A model generated the notes under the pieces. It worked only from the letters and a program-made list of their open reading frames with translations, did no database searches and was not told the origin of the DNA. DNA of 64,000 nt, taken from positions 672,001 through 736,000 of the forward strand of contig OZ253470.1 in the NCBI GenBank assembly GCA_965261735.1, read 5' to 3'. Made by a program: the position numbers and the translations under genes. This document shows positions 11,074 to 21,115 of this stretch, in pieces. Positions within the stretch are counted from its first letter, which is position 1. Every line of letters begins with the position of its first letter. The DNA is from Alphaproteobacteria bacterium (lineage in GTDB: Bacteria > Pseudomonadota > Alphaproteobacteria > SHVV01).

Positions 11074-11451
11074 GGGTGTCTCCCCTAGCTGGGGCGCGAG
11101 TCGGCAACGACGCGCGTTTTCGCCTCGGGCGGGGGCCGAGGTATTGCTAAAGATAGAAGGGCTTCTGGAATGTCGCGACGGAACAAACGCGCGCCCTATG
11201 CTCCCATACGGTGCGCCTCCCTCATCCGTATTGATTCCCAGTTTGTGGCGCGACCCCACCCGTTCTGGCCTCGACAACGGAGTGGGGAACGTGCACACTT
11301 TCGGCGGCATCGGCCCGTTTGGCGGCCGACCAAATGGTTGTCGCTACCGGCGAGGGTGCCGGAGGCAACGGGGGCAATTCCGTCATTGGTTTCGGAGCGG
11401 GCTGCCGCTGCGACGAGGTGGCGTACTCAGAAACGTCCGAGGGAGGTGGTC

Positions 11452-12618
11452 ATGAAAAAGTTCATTACGCTTTTGGTAGTTGGCTTGGCACTGCCTGCGG
11501 TGCTGCTCGCGAGCACCGCCGACGCGGCGGAGAAGGTCCTTCGTATCCCGTTCATGACGAACTTCACGGGTCCGAGCTCGCCCTTCAGCTTGAGGCTGTG
11601 GCGGGGCGGCGAGATGGCCATGAAAGACATCAACGCCGCGGGCGGCGTTCACGGCGGCTACAAGCTCGAGTTCTACAAGGTCGACACCCGGTCCGAGACC
11701 CAGACGGCCCTGACCGAGTATCGCCGCGCCTGTCGCGACCCGTCGATTCCGATGTTTTGGGCGAACGTGGGGTCCAAGGACGTCAACGCGCTCTACGCGG
11801 TCTCGAAGGACTGCAACATGGCGACGTTCGCCACGTCGTCGGGCGCGCATTGGGTCCACCCGGATCAAGGTAAGTGGATGTTCCGCTACCTGCCGGTGCC
11901 CGCGCTCGTGCAGCCTGTGCTTTTCAAAAAGCTGAAGGAGAAGTTCAACGTCAAGAGGGTCGCGATGGGGGTCGAGATCGACAACGATTTCGCCGTTTTC
12001 AACGCCAAGTCTGCACGCAAGTTCCTTGAAGAGCTGGACATGGAGATCGTCGTCAACGTCGATTCGAAGATGCATGAGACGAACTTCTCGGCTCAGGTGG
12101 CGGCGATACGCGGCGCGCGCGCCGACCTCATCATCCTCAGCCACAACTCCGACGCCGGCGGCCGGTTCGCGCGGCAGATTCGCGAGCGCGGCATCGATAC
12201 CCAGATCTCGGATACCGGGTACACCATCGGCAGCCGCGACTTCTGGAACAATTCGAAGGGGATGGGCATCGGCGCGATCACCTCGTCCATCTACAACCCC
12301 ACTGATCCACGCCCTATCGTCCAGGAGTGGGTCAAGCGTTGGCGCGCGGAGACTGGCAAGGATCAGGATCCCGATCCCTACGAGACGTCGACCTACGACG
12401 CGGTCAAGGTGTTGGCCAAGATCCTCGACAACGCCAAGTCGCTCGACCGCAAAGACATCGCGGACGCGTTCTTGACCATCAAGAACGTGGCGACCATCAG
12501 CGGCACGGTCTCGTTCCGGCCCCAGGACCTCCCCGACATCTACCGGTCCGAGCCGATCCTGGTGCAGATCGGTGAGAACGGCAGCTTGGTTCCGTGGCCC
12601 AAGATGGCCACCAACTAG
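11452..12618 (+). CDS. ABC transporter substrate-binding protein, LivJ-like (PBP type 1)
   Basis: GGAGG RBS, signal peptide, FTGP, DINAAGGV.G, YDAV motifs. Confidence 0.88.
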   Translation: MKKFITLLVVGLALPAVLLASTADAAEKVLRIPFMTNFTGPSSPFSLRLWRGGEMAMKDINAAGGVHGGYKLEFYKVDTRSETQTALTEYRRACRDPSIPMFWANVGSKDVNALYAVSKDCNMATFATSSGAHWVHPDQGKWMFRYLPVPALVQPVLFKKLKEKFNVKRVAMGVEIDNDFAVFNAKSARKFLEELDMEIVVNVDSKMHETNFSAQVAAIRGARADLIILSHNSDAGGRFARQIRERGIDTQISDTGYTIGSRDFWNNSKGMGIGAITSSIYNPTDPRPIVQEWVKRWRAETGKDQDPDPYETSTYDAVKVLAKILDNAKSLDRKDIADAFLTIKNVATISGTVSFRPQDLPDIYRSEPILVQIGENGSLVPWPKMATN

Positions 12619-12662
12619 CGGGTCGGGGAAACTAGCCCGACCAAGCCGAACGCGTTTCGACT

Positions 12663-12694
12663 GGGCCCCGGCCAGAGCCGGGGCCCCTTTCTTT
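12663..12694 (+). terminator. Rho-independent terminator
   Basis: GGGCCCCGGC-caga-GCCGGGGCCC stem followed by CTTTCTTT. Confidence 0.75.
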
Positions 12695-12739
12695 AGGGAC
12701 TGGTGGTCCGTGCCGGGACAAGTTCGTTGGAGGACACCA

Positions 12740-13399
12740 ATGTGGAAACGAATGTTGGTGCTGGCGTGGCTTGCACTCGGGCTCACAGGCTGTGTGACGG
12801 ACGGCGGCGGGACCGTCAGCCAAAACCAGGTCTCGCTCCATGACGCGGCGTGTACACAGGCGGCAAAGAGCAGCTCGCCGTGGAACATCAAGAATCTCTA
12901 TAGCTGCGAGGAACGATCCCTCTTTATTCCCTACCAGCTCTGGACCGGAGGCGACTGGGACGGCAACAGAGATGCACCTTGCATGCATCCGGCCCGCTCT
13001 CTCTTCTACGTGAACGGTAGCAGCAGCACGACCATCAGGGGTCCCAAGCGATGGGAGAATCCGTCGAGCGGCGAGGCCCACATCGTGTGGGAGAGGGTGA
13101 AGACGGACGGCTCGAAAACCCAACGGTTCGTGTGCGATGGCATGGGGATAGGCCGCGTGTACGATAGCCGCGGCCCCAGGTACTACAGTGCGGGAAGATG
13201 CAAGTTCCCCGCGGGTTACGGTTGGAGGATGTCAGAGCGCCGCCACTGCAGAGACACATCGATCGAAATCACGTCGGTGTCCCTCGACGACAGCAACAAC
13301 CTCCGCTCCCTGACGTTTAAATGGTGGTATGGGTCAACTCTCGATCACATCTACCGGTACAAACCCAACACAGGCATGGTCAATGCCTGGCCGCAGTAG
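12740..13399 (+). CDS. Cys-rich hypothetical lipoprotein
   Basis: GGAGG RBS; lipobox LGLTGC. Confidence 0.75.
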   Translation: MWKRMLVLAWLALGLTGCVTDGGGTVSQNQVSLHDAACTQAAKSSSPWNIKNLYSCEERSLFIPYQLWTGGDWDGNRDAPCMHPARSLFYVNGSSSTTIRGPKRWENPSSGEAHIVWERVKTDGSKTQRFVCDGMGIGRVYDSRGPRYYSAGRCKFPAGYGWRMSERRHCRDTSIEITSVSLDDSNNLRSLTFKWWYGSTLDHIYRYKPNTGMVNAWPQ

Positions 13400-13438
13400 A
13401 GCGTTCCTGCCTAGCCGCCACGTATCGCGAGCCTATCG

Positions 13439-14647
13439 ATGAGCGCTTCCGATCGGATACTGATCGCCGGCGCCGGGCCCGTCGGCTACGCGGCCGCGCT
13501 CAACCTGGCGACCCGCGGTATTCCGTTCATCCTCTTCGAGTCGGGGCCCGACATATTCAAGGACCCGCGCGCCGGCACCATCCATCCGCCGTCGGTGGAG
13601 ATGTTCGACCAACTCGGCATCGCCAAGACGCTCATCGAGCGCGGCTACATCGTCTCCCGCTACCACTATCGCGACCGCAAACAGGGCCTCATCGCCGATT
13701 TCGATCTTGGACTGCTCGCCGAGGACACACCCTTCCCCTTCCGGCTGATGCTCGAGCAGCACAAGGTCTCCGCGATCATTCACGCCAAGCTCGGCGAATC
13801 CGCAAGCCACCGGATATTGCGCAACCACCGCGTTGTCGACGTTCGCCAGGACGATGGCGGGGTTGTCGCGACGGTGGAGACGCCCGACGGCGTCGAGACC
13901 TTCGACGGCAGGTACATGATCGGCTGCGATGGTGGCCGCAGCCAAGTGCGAAAATGCATGTCGGTCGCCTTTGATGGATTCACCTACCCCGAGCGTTTCC
14001 TCATCGTCACGACACCGTACGACTTCGAAAAAGTCGGCTACGCGCAAACCAACTATGTCGCCGACCCCGAGGAGTGGTGCGCGCTGTTCAAGGTGCCCGG
14101 TGCCGACGATTCCGGAATCTGGCGGGTGGTTTTTCCGACCAACCCCGGGCTCCCCGAGGCGAACGTGCTCGACGATCTATCGATCGAGCGCCGCCTCCAA
14201 GGGTTCAACCCGAAGAACGGGCTTTACGATGTGGTCCATCGCAACCTCTATGAGGTCCATCAACGGGTGGCGAGTTCCTATCGGGACCGCCGCGTCCTGC
14301 TCGCCGGGGACGCCGCGCACATCAACAATCCGCTCGGCGGCATGGGCATGAACTTCGGTTTCCACGACGCCTTCAACTTGACCGAGAAGCTTGCCAGGAT
14401 CTGGTCCGGTGAGGCCGACGAGGACCTGTTGGACCTCTATGACCGGCAGCGGCGGACCGTCGCCGTGGAGTTTCTCCAACGGCAAACCATCGACAACAAG
14501 AAGAACATGGAACAGCGCGATGCGGCTGCCCGCGAACGCTTCCACGACGAGCTACGGGCCATCGTCGCCGACAAGGGCCGGCAGCGTGCCTACCTGCGGC
14601 GCGTCGCCATGATCGAAGGGGTCGAGCGCGCCGCGTCGATCGGTTAG
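13439..14647 (+). CDS. FAD-dependent monooxygenase (aromatic hydroxylase type)
   Basis: GAGPVG, IGCDGGRS, LAGDAAH...GGMGMN motifs. Confidence 0.92.
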   Translation: MSASDRILIAGAGPVGYAAALNLATRGIPFILFESGPDIFKDPRAGTIHPPSVEMFDQLGIAKTLIERGYIVSRYHYRDRKQGLIADFDLGLLAEDTPFPFRLMLEQHKVSAIIHAKLGESASHRILRNHRVVDVRQDDGGVVATVETPDGVETFDGRYMIGCDGGRSQVRKCMSVAFDGFTYPERFLIVTTPYDFEKVGYAQTNYVADPEEWCALFKVPGADDSGIWRVVFPTNPGLPEANVLDDLSIERRLQGFNPKNGLYDVVHRNLYEVHQRVASSYRDRRVLLAGDAAHINNPLGGMGMNFGFHDAFNLTEKLARIWSGEADEDLLDLYDRQRRTVAVEFLQRQTIDNKKNMEQRDAAARERFHDELRAIVADKGRQRAYLRRVAMIEGVERAASIG

Positions 14648-14660
14648 GGCTCGATCGGGC

Positions 14661-15413
14661 TTAGTGCGCCGCCAGCAGCAACCCGTAATTCGGGAACTGG
14701 TCCGCGATGTCGGCCGCTCGGAGTGCCGCCCAGAACGTGGCCTGATTGCCGGTGATCACCGGCTTGCCGATCTCCGCCTCAAAGCGCGGTATCAGCCCGA
14801 GCACCGGAAAGTCGGTGCACGATATCATCATCACGTCCGCCTCGGCGCGATCGGCCGAGAGGACATGATCGTGGATTCGCGCCGGCGGGGTCTTGGCGAT
14901 CTGCGGTATTTCGCTGGCGTCCTTTTCGCCGATGCCCAACCCCTCGAGGCTCACGAGTTCGAAGCCGAGGCTCTCGAAGAAATCTCGTTCGTGGGCATTG
15001 ACGGTCTTGCCGTAGGGCGTCGCCGCCGCGACCCGCTTGGCGCCGAGTAGGGTGAGGGCGTTCACCAGCGAGGCCGCGGTCGTGACGCAGCGTATCCCCG
15101 ACAGCCGTTCCATGAAGTCGCTCAATTGGGTGGTCGGCAGAACCATGGAGCCGGCCGTGCAGCCGTAGGCGATGCAGTCGAGCCCGGCCTGCGCGAGGTC
15201 GGCGGTCGCCTTTTCGATGTCGGCGTAGAGGGCCCGCCTGCCGGCCTCGCTGCTGGTGTCCGCGTGGAGCGGCATCCGGGTCGTATGGATGGTGACGCCC
15301 TGGGGCGCCATCGCCTGCCATTCGGCCTCGTTCACGGTGTTGGTCGGCGGGACGATGAGGCCGATCTTGGCGCGCCACCCGTAGGTCGTCGGATGCCGCC
15401 TCTCGGCAGGCAC
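14661..15413 (-). CDS. maleate cis-trans isomerase / Asp-Glu racemase family protein
   Basis: IGLIVPPTNTVNE; both catalytic Cys motifs (YGCTAGS, ISCTD); GTG start overlaps upstream stop. Confidence 0.88.
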   Translation of the reverse strand: MPAERRHPTTYGWRAKIGLIVPPTNTVNEAEWQAMAPQGVTIHTTRMPLHADTSSEAGRRALYADIEKATADLAQAGLDCIAYGCTAGSMVLPTTQLSDFMERLSGIRCVTTAASLVNALTLLGAKRVAAATPYGKTVNAHERDFFESLGFELVSLEGLGIGEKDASEIPQIAKTPPARIHDHVLSADRAEADVMMISCTDFPVLGLIPRFEAEIGKPVITGNQATFWAALRAADIADQFPNYGLLLAAH

Positions 15414-16078
15414 TACGCGCGCCTGGCCCGATGGCCGGCCGCTTCGGTGGGCGGGCAAAGCTCGCGGATTTGCGCGCACACCTCGTCCAGGGCCATGACG
15501 TCGGCGTATTTCTGGTCCATATCGAACAGGCTAGCGTCGTGCGGCGCCAAAGCGCGGTCGCCGACGCACTCGCGCGGCACGATGGGGCGAAACCCGTAGC
15601 TCACCGCATCGACGACGGTTGCCCTGACGCATCCGCTCGTGGTGCATCCGGTAACGATTGCCGTGTCCACCCCCCGGTGGGCGAGCCATGCCGAGAGGTC
15701 GGTGCTGAAGAAGCCCGAGGCGTAACGCTTCTCGATGAGGCGCTCGCCCGCGCGCGGCGCGAGCGCGTCCACGACCTGCGCGCTGTGGCCGCCGGGATGA
15801 ATGCTCCTGAGCCCCGGCACTTTCATGGTGAACGCGCCGTCCTCGCTGCCGTCGGCGGCGTAGACGTTCGTCGTGAAGACGACCGGGATCGCATGATCGC
15901 GCGCCAGCGCGAGGAGCCCGACCGTGTGGTCGATCGCCGATTGGATGTTGCCGCCGCCAAACAGCGCGGCGTCGTTGAAGGCGTTGATGAAATCGATCAC
16001 CAGTAGGGCCGGGGCGCGCCCAAACCCGAGGCGAGCGCCGAAACCCTGCCGCTCGTAGATATGCGTGTCGTCGGACAA
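15413..16078 (-). CDS. isochorismatase-family cysteine amidohydrolase
   Basis: ALLVID, IEKRYASGFF, GCTTSGCVRATVVDA, KYADV. Confidence 0.9.
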   Translation of the reverse strand: MSDDTHIYERQGFGARLGFGRAPALLVIDFINAFNDAALFGGGNIQSAIDHTVGLLALARDHAIPVVFTTNVYAADGSEDGAFTMKVPGLRSIHPGGHSAQVVDALAPRAGERLIEKRYASGFFSTDLSAWLAHRGVDTAIVTGCTTSGCVRATVVDAVSYGFRPIVPRECVGDRALAPHDASLFDMDQKYADVMALDEVCAQIRELCPPTEAAGHRARRA

Positions 16079-16097
16079 GGCGATCTACCCTCTGATC

Positions 16098-16847
16098 CTA
16101 GTGCTCGAGCGGTAGCGAGCCGTAGCCGTCGAACCTGTCGTCCATGCCGTTTTGCCGCAGCGCGTACCAGAAGGTCGCCGTGTTGATCGCCAGCACCAGC
16201 TTACCCAACTCCCGCTCCTTCTCGGCCGCGACCTTGGCCATCGACAGGTTGGTGCCGCACTGCACGATCGCATCGACGTCATCGCCGTCGAGCTCATCGA
16301 TGGTGTTGCGCAGCTCGTCGGGCGTCACGTGGGCGATCACGACGGGCCCGCCGCACTTCAAGCCCTTCAGTCGGACGATTTCGTAGCCATAGTCGGCGAA
16401 GAAGCCGCGCACCTGTTCGTCGCCCGGCGGCATATAGGGGGTGATGACGGCGATGCGCTTGACCTCGGGGTAGCATTGGAGCGCCGCGATACAGGCCTCC
16501 GATCCCATGGCCACGTTCAGGCCACCGGCGCGCTCCACGAAGCGCTGGCGCATCGCGGCGGCGCCCGTCTTGCCGTCCCAGAACGTCTCGCCGGATACGC
16601 CGAGAACGATCGAGTCGGGCTCGCAGGTGAGGACCGGATCGATCGCCGGCAGCAGCGCTTCGCGGATGAGGGTGATCATCTCGAGGAAGCTCGCGTCGTC
16701 GGTGACCGACATGTTGGGGATGAGCGCGCGCGAAAAGTGGTTCGTCACCCCATCGGGCCGCATGCCCTCGAAGTCAGGCTGGACGATTGTGTTGGTGGAG
16801 GGTGCGACGACGCCGAACTTGTGGCGCCAACCCAATGCGTCGGCCAT
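16098..16847 (-). CDS. arylmalonate decarboxylase / maleate isomerase-like protein (non-canonical)
   Basis: FGVVAPSTNTIVQ, ITPY, VQCGTNL, AINTATFW. Confidence 0.85.
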   Translation of the reverse strand: MADALGWRHKFGVVAPSTNTIVQPDFEGMRPDGVTNHFSRALIPNMSVTDDASFLEMITLIREALLPAIDPVLTCEPDSIVLGVSGETFWDGKTGAAAMRQRFVERAGGLNVAMGSEACIAALQCYPEVKRIAVITPYMPPGDEQVRGFFADYGYEIVRLKGLKCGGPVVIAHVTPDELRNTIDELDGDDVDAIVQCGTNLSMAKVAAEKERELGKLVLAINTATFWYALRQNGMDDRFDGYGSLPLEH

Positions 16848-16871
16848 GTCGCGCTCCTCGACGAGGGGGTG

Positions 16872-17531
16872 TCAGGCGTCCGCCGCCTCTTTGATCCCGG
16901 CGCTGGTCTGAGCGGATACGGGGTAGGGGAAGGCCATGGTGAAGACGCTGTCGACCACCGTGTAGTCCTGGTAGCCCATGCGCGCGACAGGCCGAAACTT
17001 CGACATGTCGACCAGCCCGTCGGTCATCACGTCGTCGCTGATATGGACCCCGATGACTTCCCCGAACACGATGAAGTTGCGAAATTCGGGGCGATCGCTG
17101 AGTAGCTCTACGGTGCGAATATGTCGGCACTCGAGGTGTGTCGGCGACCCCTTGACCCGCGGCGGTTTGACCAGCACCGAGGGCTCCATTTCGAGACCCG
17201 CCATCGCCGCCTCGTCGACCGAGCTCGGGACGTGTCGCGCCGTTTCGTTCATCCGCTCGCGTAGTTCCCAGGTCACCATGTTGGCGACGAACTCCCCGGT
17301 TTCCTCAACGTTGGACATGGAGTCCTTGTAGCGGCCGTCGCCGTATCCCGTCGAGTTGTGGAACAGCACTTGTGGCGGTTCGGTTCCGCAGCCGTTGAAG
17401 AAGCTGAACGGGGCCAGATTGACGACGCCGGCGGCACTCAGGCTCGATATCCATCCGATCGGCCGCGGGACGACGAGGCTCTTGAACGGATCGTGCGGCA
17501 GTCCATGGCCCTTGCTGACCTCGTAAAACAT
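16872..17531 (-). CDS. flavin reductase family protein
   Basis: VVPRPIGWISS, NLAPFSFFN, TGEFVAN, PVARMGY. Confidence 0.9.
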   Translation of the reverse strand: MFYEVSKGHGLPHDPFKSLVVPRPIGWISSLSAAGVVNLAPFSFFNGCGTEPPQVLFHNSTGYGDGRYKDSMSNVEETGEFVANMVTWELRERMNETARHVPSSVDEAAMAGLEMEPSVLVKPPRVKGSPTHLECRHIRTVELLSDRPEFRNFIVFGEVIGVHISDDVMTDGLVDMSKFRPVARMGYQDYTVVDSVFTMAFPYPVSAQTSAGIKEAADA

Positions 17532-17628
17532 GGACATCTCCTCCACGGCTTACAGCCGGCGACGCGCCGACTGTAAGCAGAGAAGGCGCGGCCGTCCAGC
17601 CGCAACATCGGGCGCGATCGGCGCCGAG

Positions 17629-17976
17629 CTACTCGGCAACGATATCGAGGCCCGCGACCATCGAGGGATGGAACTGGCAGAAATAACTCTTGAAGGTGTC
17701 GACTTCGACCACGGTCTCCCAGGAGCCGCCCGCCTTGATCTGGCCTGAGTCCCAGCTGCCGTCCTCGGCCGAAACGGTGTGCGACACGATGTCCCTGTTC
17801 ATCCAGACGATCACGTCGCCCGGCTTAACGACCGGGGTTTCCGGGCGGAACTCGAAGCCCTCGATGTCGACCACGAAACGTGTACCCGTCGCGGCCTCGC
17901 CTTCGAGCAGAAAGGAAAAGGAGATCGTGGCGACGAGCGCCGCCACGATCAGTTTGACGAAAGTTTTCTTTTGCAT
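17629..17976 (-). CDS. secreted cupredoxin (amicyanin/plastocyanin-like)
   Basis: Signal peptide; type 1 Cu ligands HTV...YFCQFHPSM. Confidence 0.85.
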   Translation of the reverse strand: MQKKTFVKLIVAALVATISFSFLLEGEAATGTRFVVDIEGFEFRPETPVVKPGDVIVWMNRDIVSHTVSAEDGSWDSGQIKAGGSWETVVEVDTFKSYFCQFHPSMVAGLDIVAE

Positions 17977-17986
17977 GGGAGGGGGC

Positions 17987-18517
17987 CTAGTGGGTCAGGG
18001 TATCGACCATACGAACGGCATGCCGCTCGTGGGCCTTGAAGATCTGGAGCGCCTGTTGGAAGAGCGCCTTCACTTCCTGGTTCTCGATGTTGGGGATGAA
18101 GGTGAACTCGACCAGGGCATTAACGGCCTTGTGGTAGCCGAGTTCGTTCTCGGCGTAGCGGCGATCGAAGGCATCGCCACTCAGCTGCTTCATTTCGTCG
18201 ACCAGCTGCTCCGACTGCTCGATGAGCTGCTGGCTCAGGAAGTTATCCTGCGCCGTGGCGCCGAGCTTCTTGAGCAGGGCCAAAGCCATCTCATTCACGG
18301 CTTCGTGGTCCCGGACCATGGTCTTGGCGAACGCACGCACGGCCGGATTGTTGGTGATACCCAGCGCCAGGTGGGCATAGCGGATATCGATCAAATCCGC
18401 CGTGTAGGCGGCGTGAGCGATTTGTAGGTCGTTGAGGTCGGCCGCCTTCTCTGCGTGAGCGTTGGCCGAGAAAGTCACGAGCAGCGCCAGAGACGCCATC
18501 ATTACATGTTTGAGCAT
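17987..18517 (-). CDS. DUF4142-like secreted protein
   Basis: Signal peptide; VRAFAKTMVRDH, FDRRY...YH, HERHA. Confidence 0.8.
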   Translation of the reverse strand: MLKHVMMASLALLVTFSANAHAEKAADLNDLQIAHAAYTADLIDIRYAHLALGITNNPAVRAFAKTMVRDHEAVNEMALALLKKLGATAQDNFLSQQLIEQSEQLVDEMKQLSGDAFDRRYAENELGYHKAVNALVEFTFIPNIENQEVKALFQQALQIFKAHERHAVRMVDTLTH

Positions 18518-18522
18518 GGTTC

Positions 18523-19627
18523 CTTGCCTATCCGGTTAACGCCCATGACCGCTACATGTAGGGTGCCGCCACTCTCCCGAGTAAAGCTCGGCATAGGTTG
18601 GAGCAGAGGTGTCGCCCGCGATGCCGAGCAATGAGCGGAAGGCGTTGAACGGGTAGAACCGCCTGTTGAAGCGGAAGGTGAACTCGTTGAGGTAGGCTTG
18701 TAGGTGCTGGTGGCTAACGCCGTGGTGGATACCGATCAGCCACGTCTTCAGGTTGGCGAAAACCAGATGGATGATCGGCAGGTATTGCTCGGCAACCTCT
18801 GGATCACCACACTCGGCAACAGCGAAGTGCTCATAGCCGCGCTTACCGAGGCCAGCATAGCCGCTCCAATCGTCAGTAACGATCAGCGATCGCGGCGCGA
18901 CGGTGCTCTCGACGAACCCACAGAGCGACTCGGCGCTACGGTCGAGCACGACGGCGAGCCGAACGCGTCCGGCATAGCGTCCGTCTTTCCGGTTGTCGAG
19001 CTTGGTGCCCGGCTTTCGATGACGCACCTCGATGGCACAGGAGACGGGAACCTTGTGGTGAACACCACGGCCTTCCCCACGCGTTCGCCCGCCAACCCAG
19101 GTTTCGTCCACCTCAACATGGTTCTTGGGCTGTCCACCGATCCTGTCTTGGTTGGGCCGCACCATGCCCGAGCGGAGCTTGTGGAGAATTTGAAAGGCCG
19201 TCTCGTAGCGCGAAAGACCAAGTTGCCGCTGAAACTGCACGGCGGACATGCCGGGCGTCTGACTGGCGACCAGATAAGCGGCCCAGAACCAGACGTTCAG
19301 CGGAGTGTGGCTACGCTCCATCACTGTTCCCACCGTCAGCCCGGTGTTCTGGCGGCACTTGCGGCAGCGCAGGACGCCAGGGCGGTTTTCAAAGTGGAAC
19401 GGCTCTCCCGCCGTGCCGCAGTGCGGGCAGGCAAAGCCGTCTCCCCAGCGGGCTTTCTCCAGGTAGGCGGCGCAGGCCGCATCATCGGGGAAAAGTCGCT
19501 GGAACTCGGGTAGCGAATGCGGGAATGGGAGATCGGCGCGGTCGAGAACATCCATGGCGCGCTCCCCTATATCCGGGTTGCGCCCATTCTAGCCCTAGTG
19601 GGTGTGGGTGTCAACCGGATAGGCAAG
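18523..19627 (-). mobile_element. IS1595-family element, copy 2; transposase 18536-19555
   Basis: Perfect IRs; flanks CATGGTTC / AATCTTTC differ (no TSD). Confidence 0.95.
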
Positions 19628-20859
19628 AATCTTTCTGGGTTCTTACTTGACAAAATAGGCCTGAATGCAAAACGAATACTTCGAAGCAAAACTAAGGGAA
19701 CGACACAGAGCCTAAGCTTCAGAAACCTCGCACGCTTGGTCATAGTTCAAGAGGGAGAAATTCAACAGACAGGCTCCCCGTTCTGGGGCGGACAGTATAC
19801 ATTAAAGACGGCCGAAATGGCTGCTATCAAGCTCCTCCTTACTGGTGTAGATGATTCCGCCATAGTGTCGACCGACCACGTCGGTCAGGACAGAACCACA
19901 CAGATCGCATTAATCGATGAGTTGCTTGAAGATATTCGGACAGAGTTGTCTGACGTCGGCGAGGAGAGGGAAGACCTTGAGGAGCAACTCCATCAACTCA
20001 ACTCATCGATCGAAGAACGACGGGAAAGCCTAGAGGCGGCCCAGCGGGAGCTTGACGCTGTCCTAACGCAACGGCGCGAACTGGTAAAACACCGCACATC
20101 CACCCAAAATCGCATCGATGAGATCTCCGACCACCTCATACGTTTCGACCTATTGCTGAAGCACTATAGTGTGGATGAGGAGCGGCTACGCGCGATTCTC
20201 GAAAGTGGATCGACATTTGCCCACGTGGAGGCCGTCCCCTGCCCCTTATGCGGTGCACCACCAGACGCACAGCGGCACGAGGAGGCCTGCGACGGGGACG
20301 TCGGTGCTATCGTTCAGGCCGCTAAGGCGGAGATTGAAAAGATTGAAAGGCTAAGGCAGGAACTGCAAACAACAGTTGAGGAGCTTCGACACGAGTCCAC
20401 AGCGCTCGAAGATACTCTTTCAGACGAGAATGAACATATTGAACGCGTAAGTGCAGAAATTCAGGAAACCGTCGCTCCGAACGTCACGGAAGAGCGCTTT
20501 TCTTTTTCAAAGATGGTTGAGCTACGGGCGAGTGTTCAGACGGCGCTTGGTATTTTTGCTCGGGAGGAAAGCTTGGAGGCACGAAAAAGGGGTTTGGAAC
20601 AGGAAGACCAGGACGATGAGCCACAAGGATCAATCGCAACTGGCCTTCCAGACTCTGTTGCACTTCAGTTTTCCCTGAAAGTGTCAAGTTTGTTGAGGGA
20701 GTGGGATTTTCCGGGCGACTGCATTGTGCACTTTGACAAGGAAACGACAGATTTCGTGATTGACGGAAAGCCTCGTGCCAGTCGTGGCAAAGGACTTCGA
20801 GCGATTACCCACGCGGCAGTCACAATATCCCTCCTAGAATACTGCCAGGAACACGACCT
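19628..20859 (+). pseudogene. internal fragment of coiled-coil ABC/SMC-like ATPase (ABC-three-component / Lamassu LmuB-like)
   Basis: SLSFRNL, coiled coils, CPLC zinc hook, DFVIDGKPRASRGKGLRAI; lacks Walker A and B; visibly lower GC. Confidence 0.7.
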
Positions 20860-21115
20860 GGACGCCAGGGCGGTTTTCAAAGTGGAACGGCTCTCCCGCC
20901 GTGCCGCAGTGCGGGCAGGCAAAGCCGTCTCCCCAGCGGGCTTTCTCCAGGTAGGCGGCGCAGGCCGTATCATCGGGGAAAAGTCGCTGGAACTCGGGTA
21001 GCGAATGCGGGAATGGGAGATCGGCGCGGTCGAGAACATCCATGGTGCGCTCCCCTATATCCGGGTTGCGCCCATTCTAGCCCTAGTAGGTGTGGGTGTA
21101 AACCGGATAGGCAAG
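20860..21115 (-). mobile_element. IS1595-family left-end fragment
   Basis: Left IR plus about 61 transposase codons; same orientation as copy 2. Confidence 0.92.
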
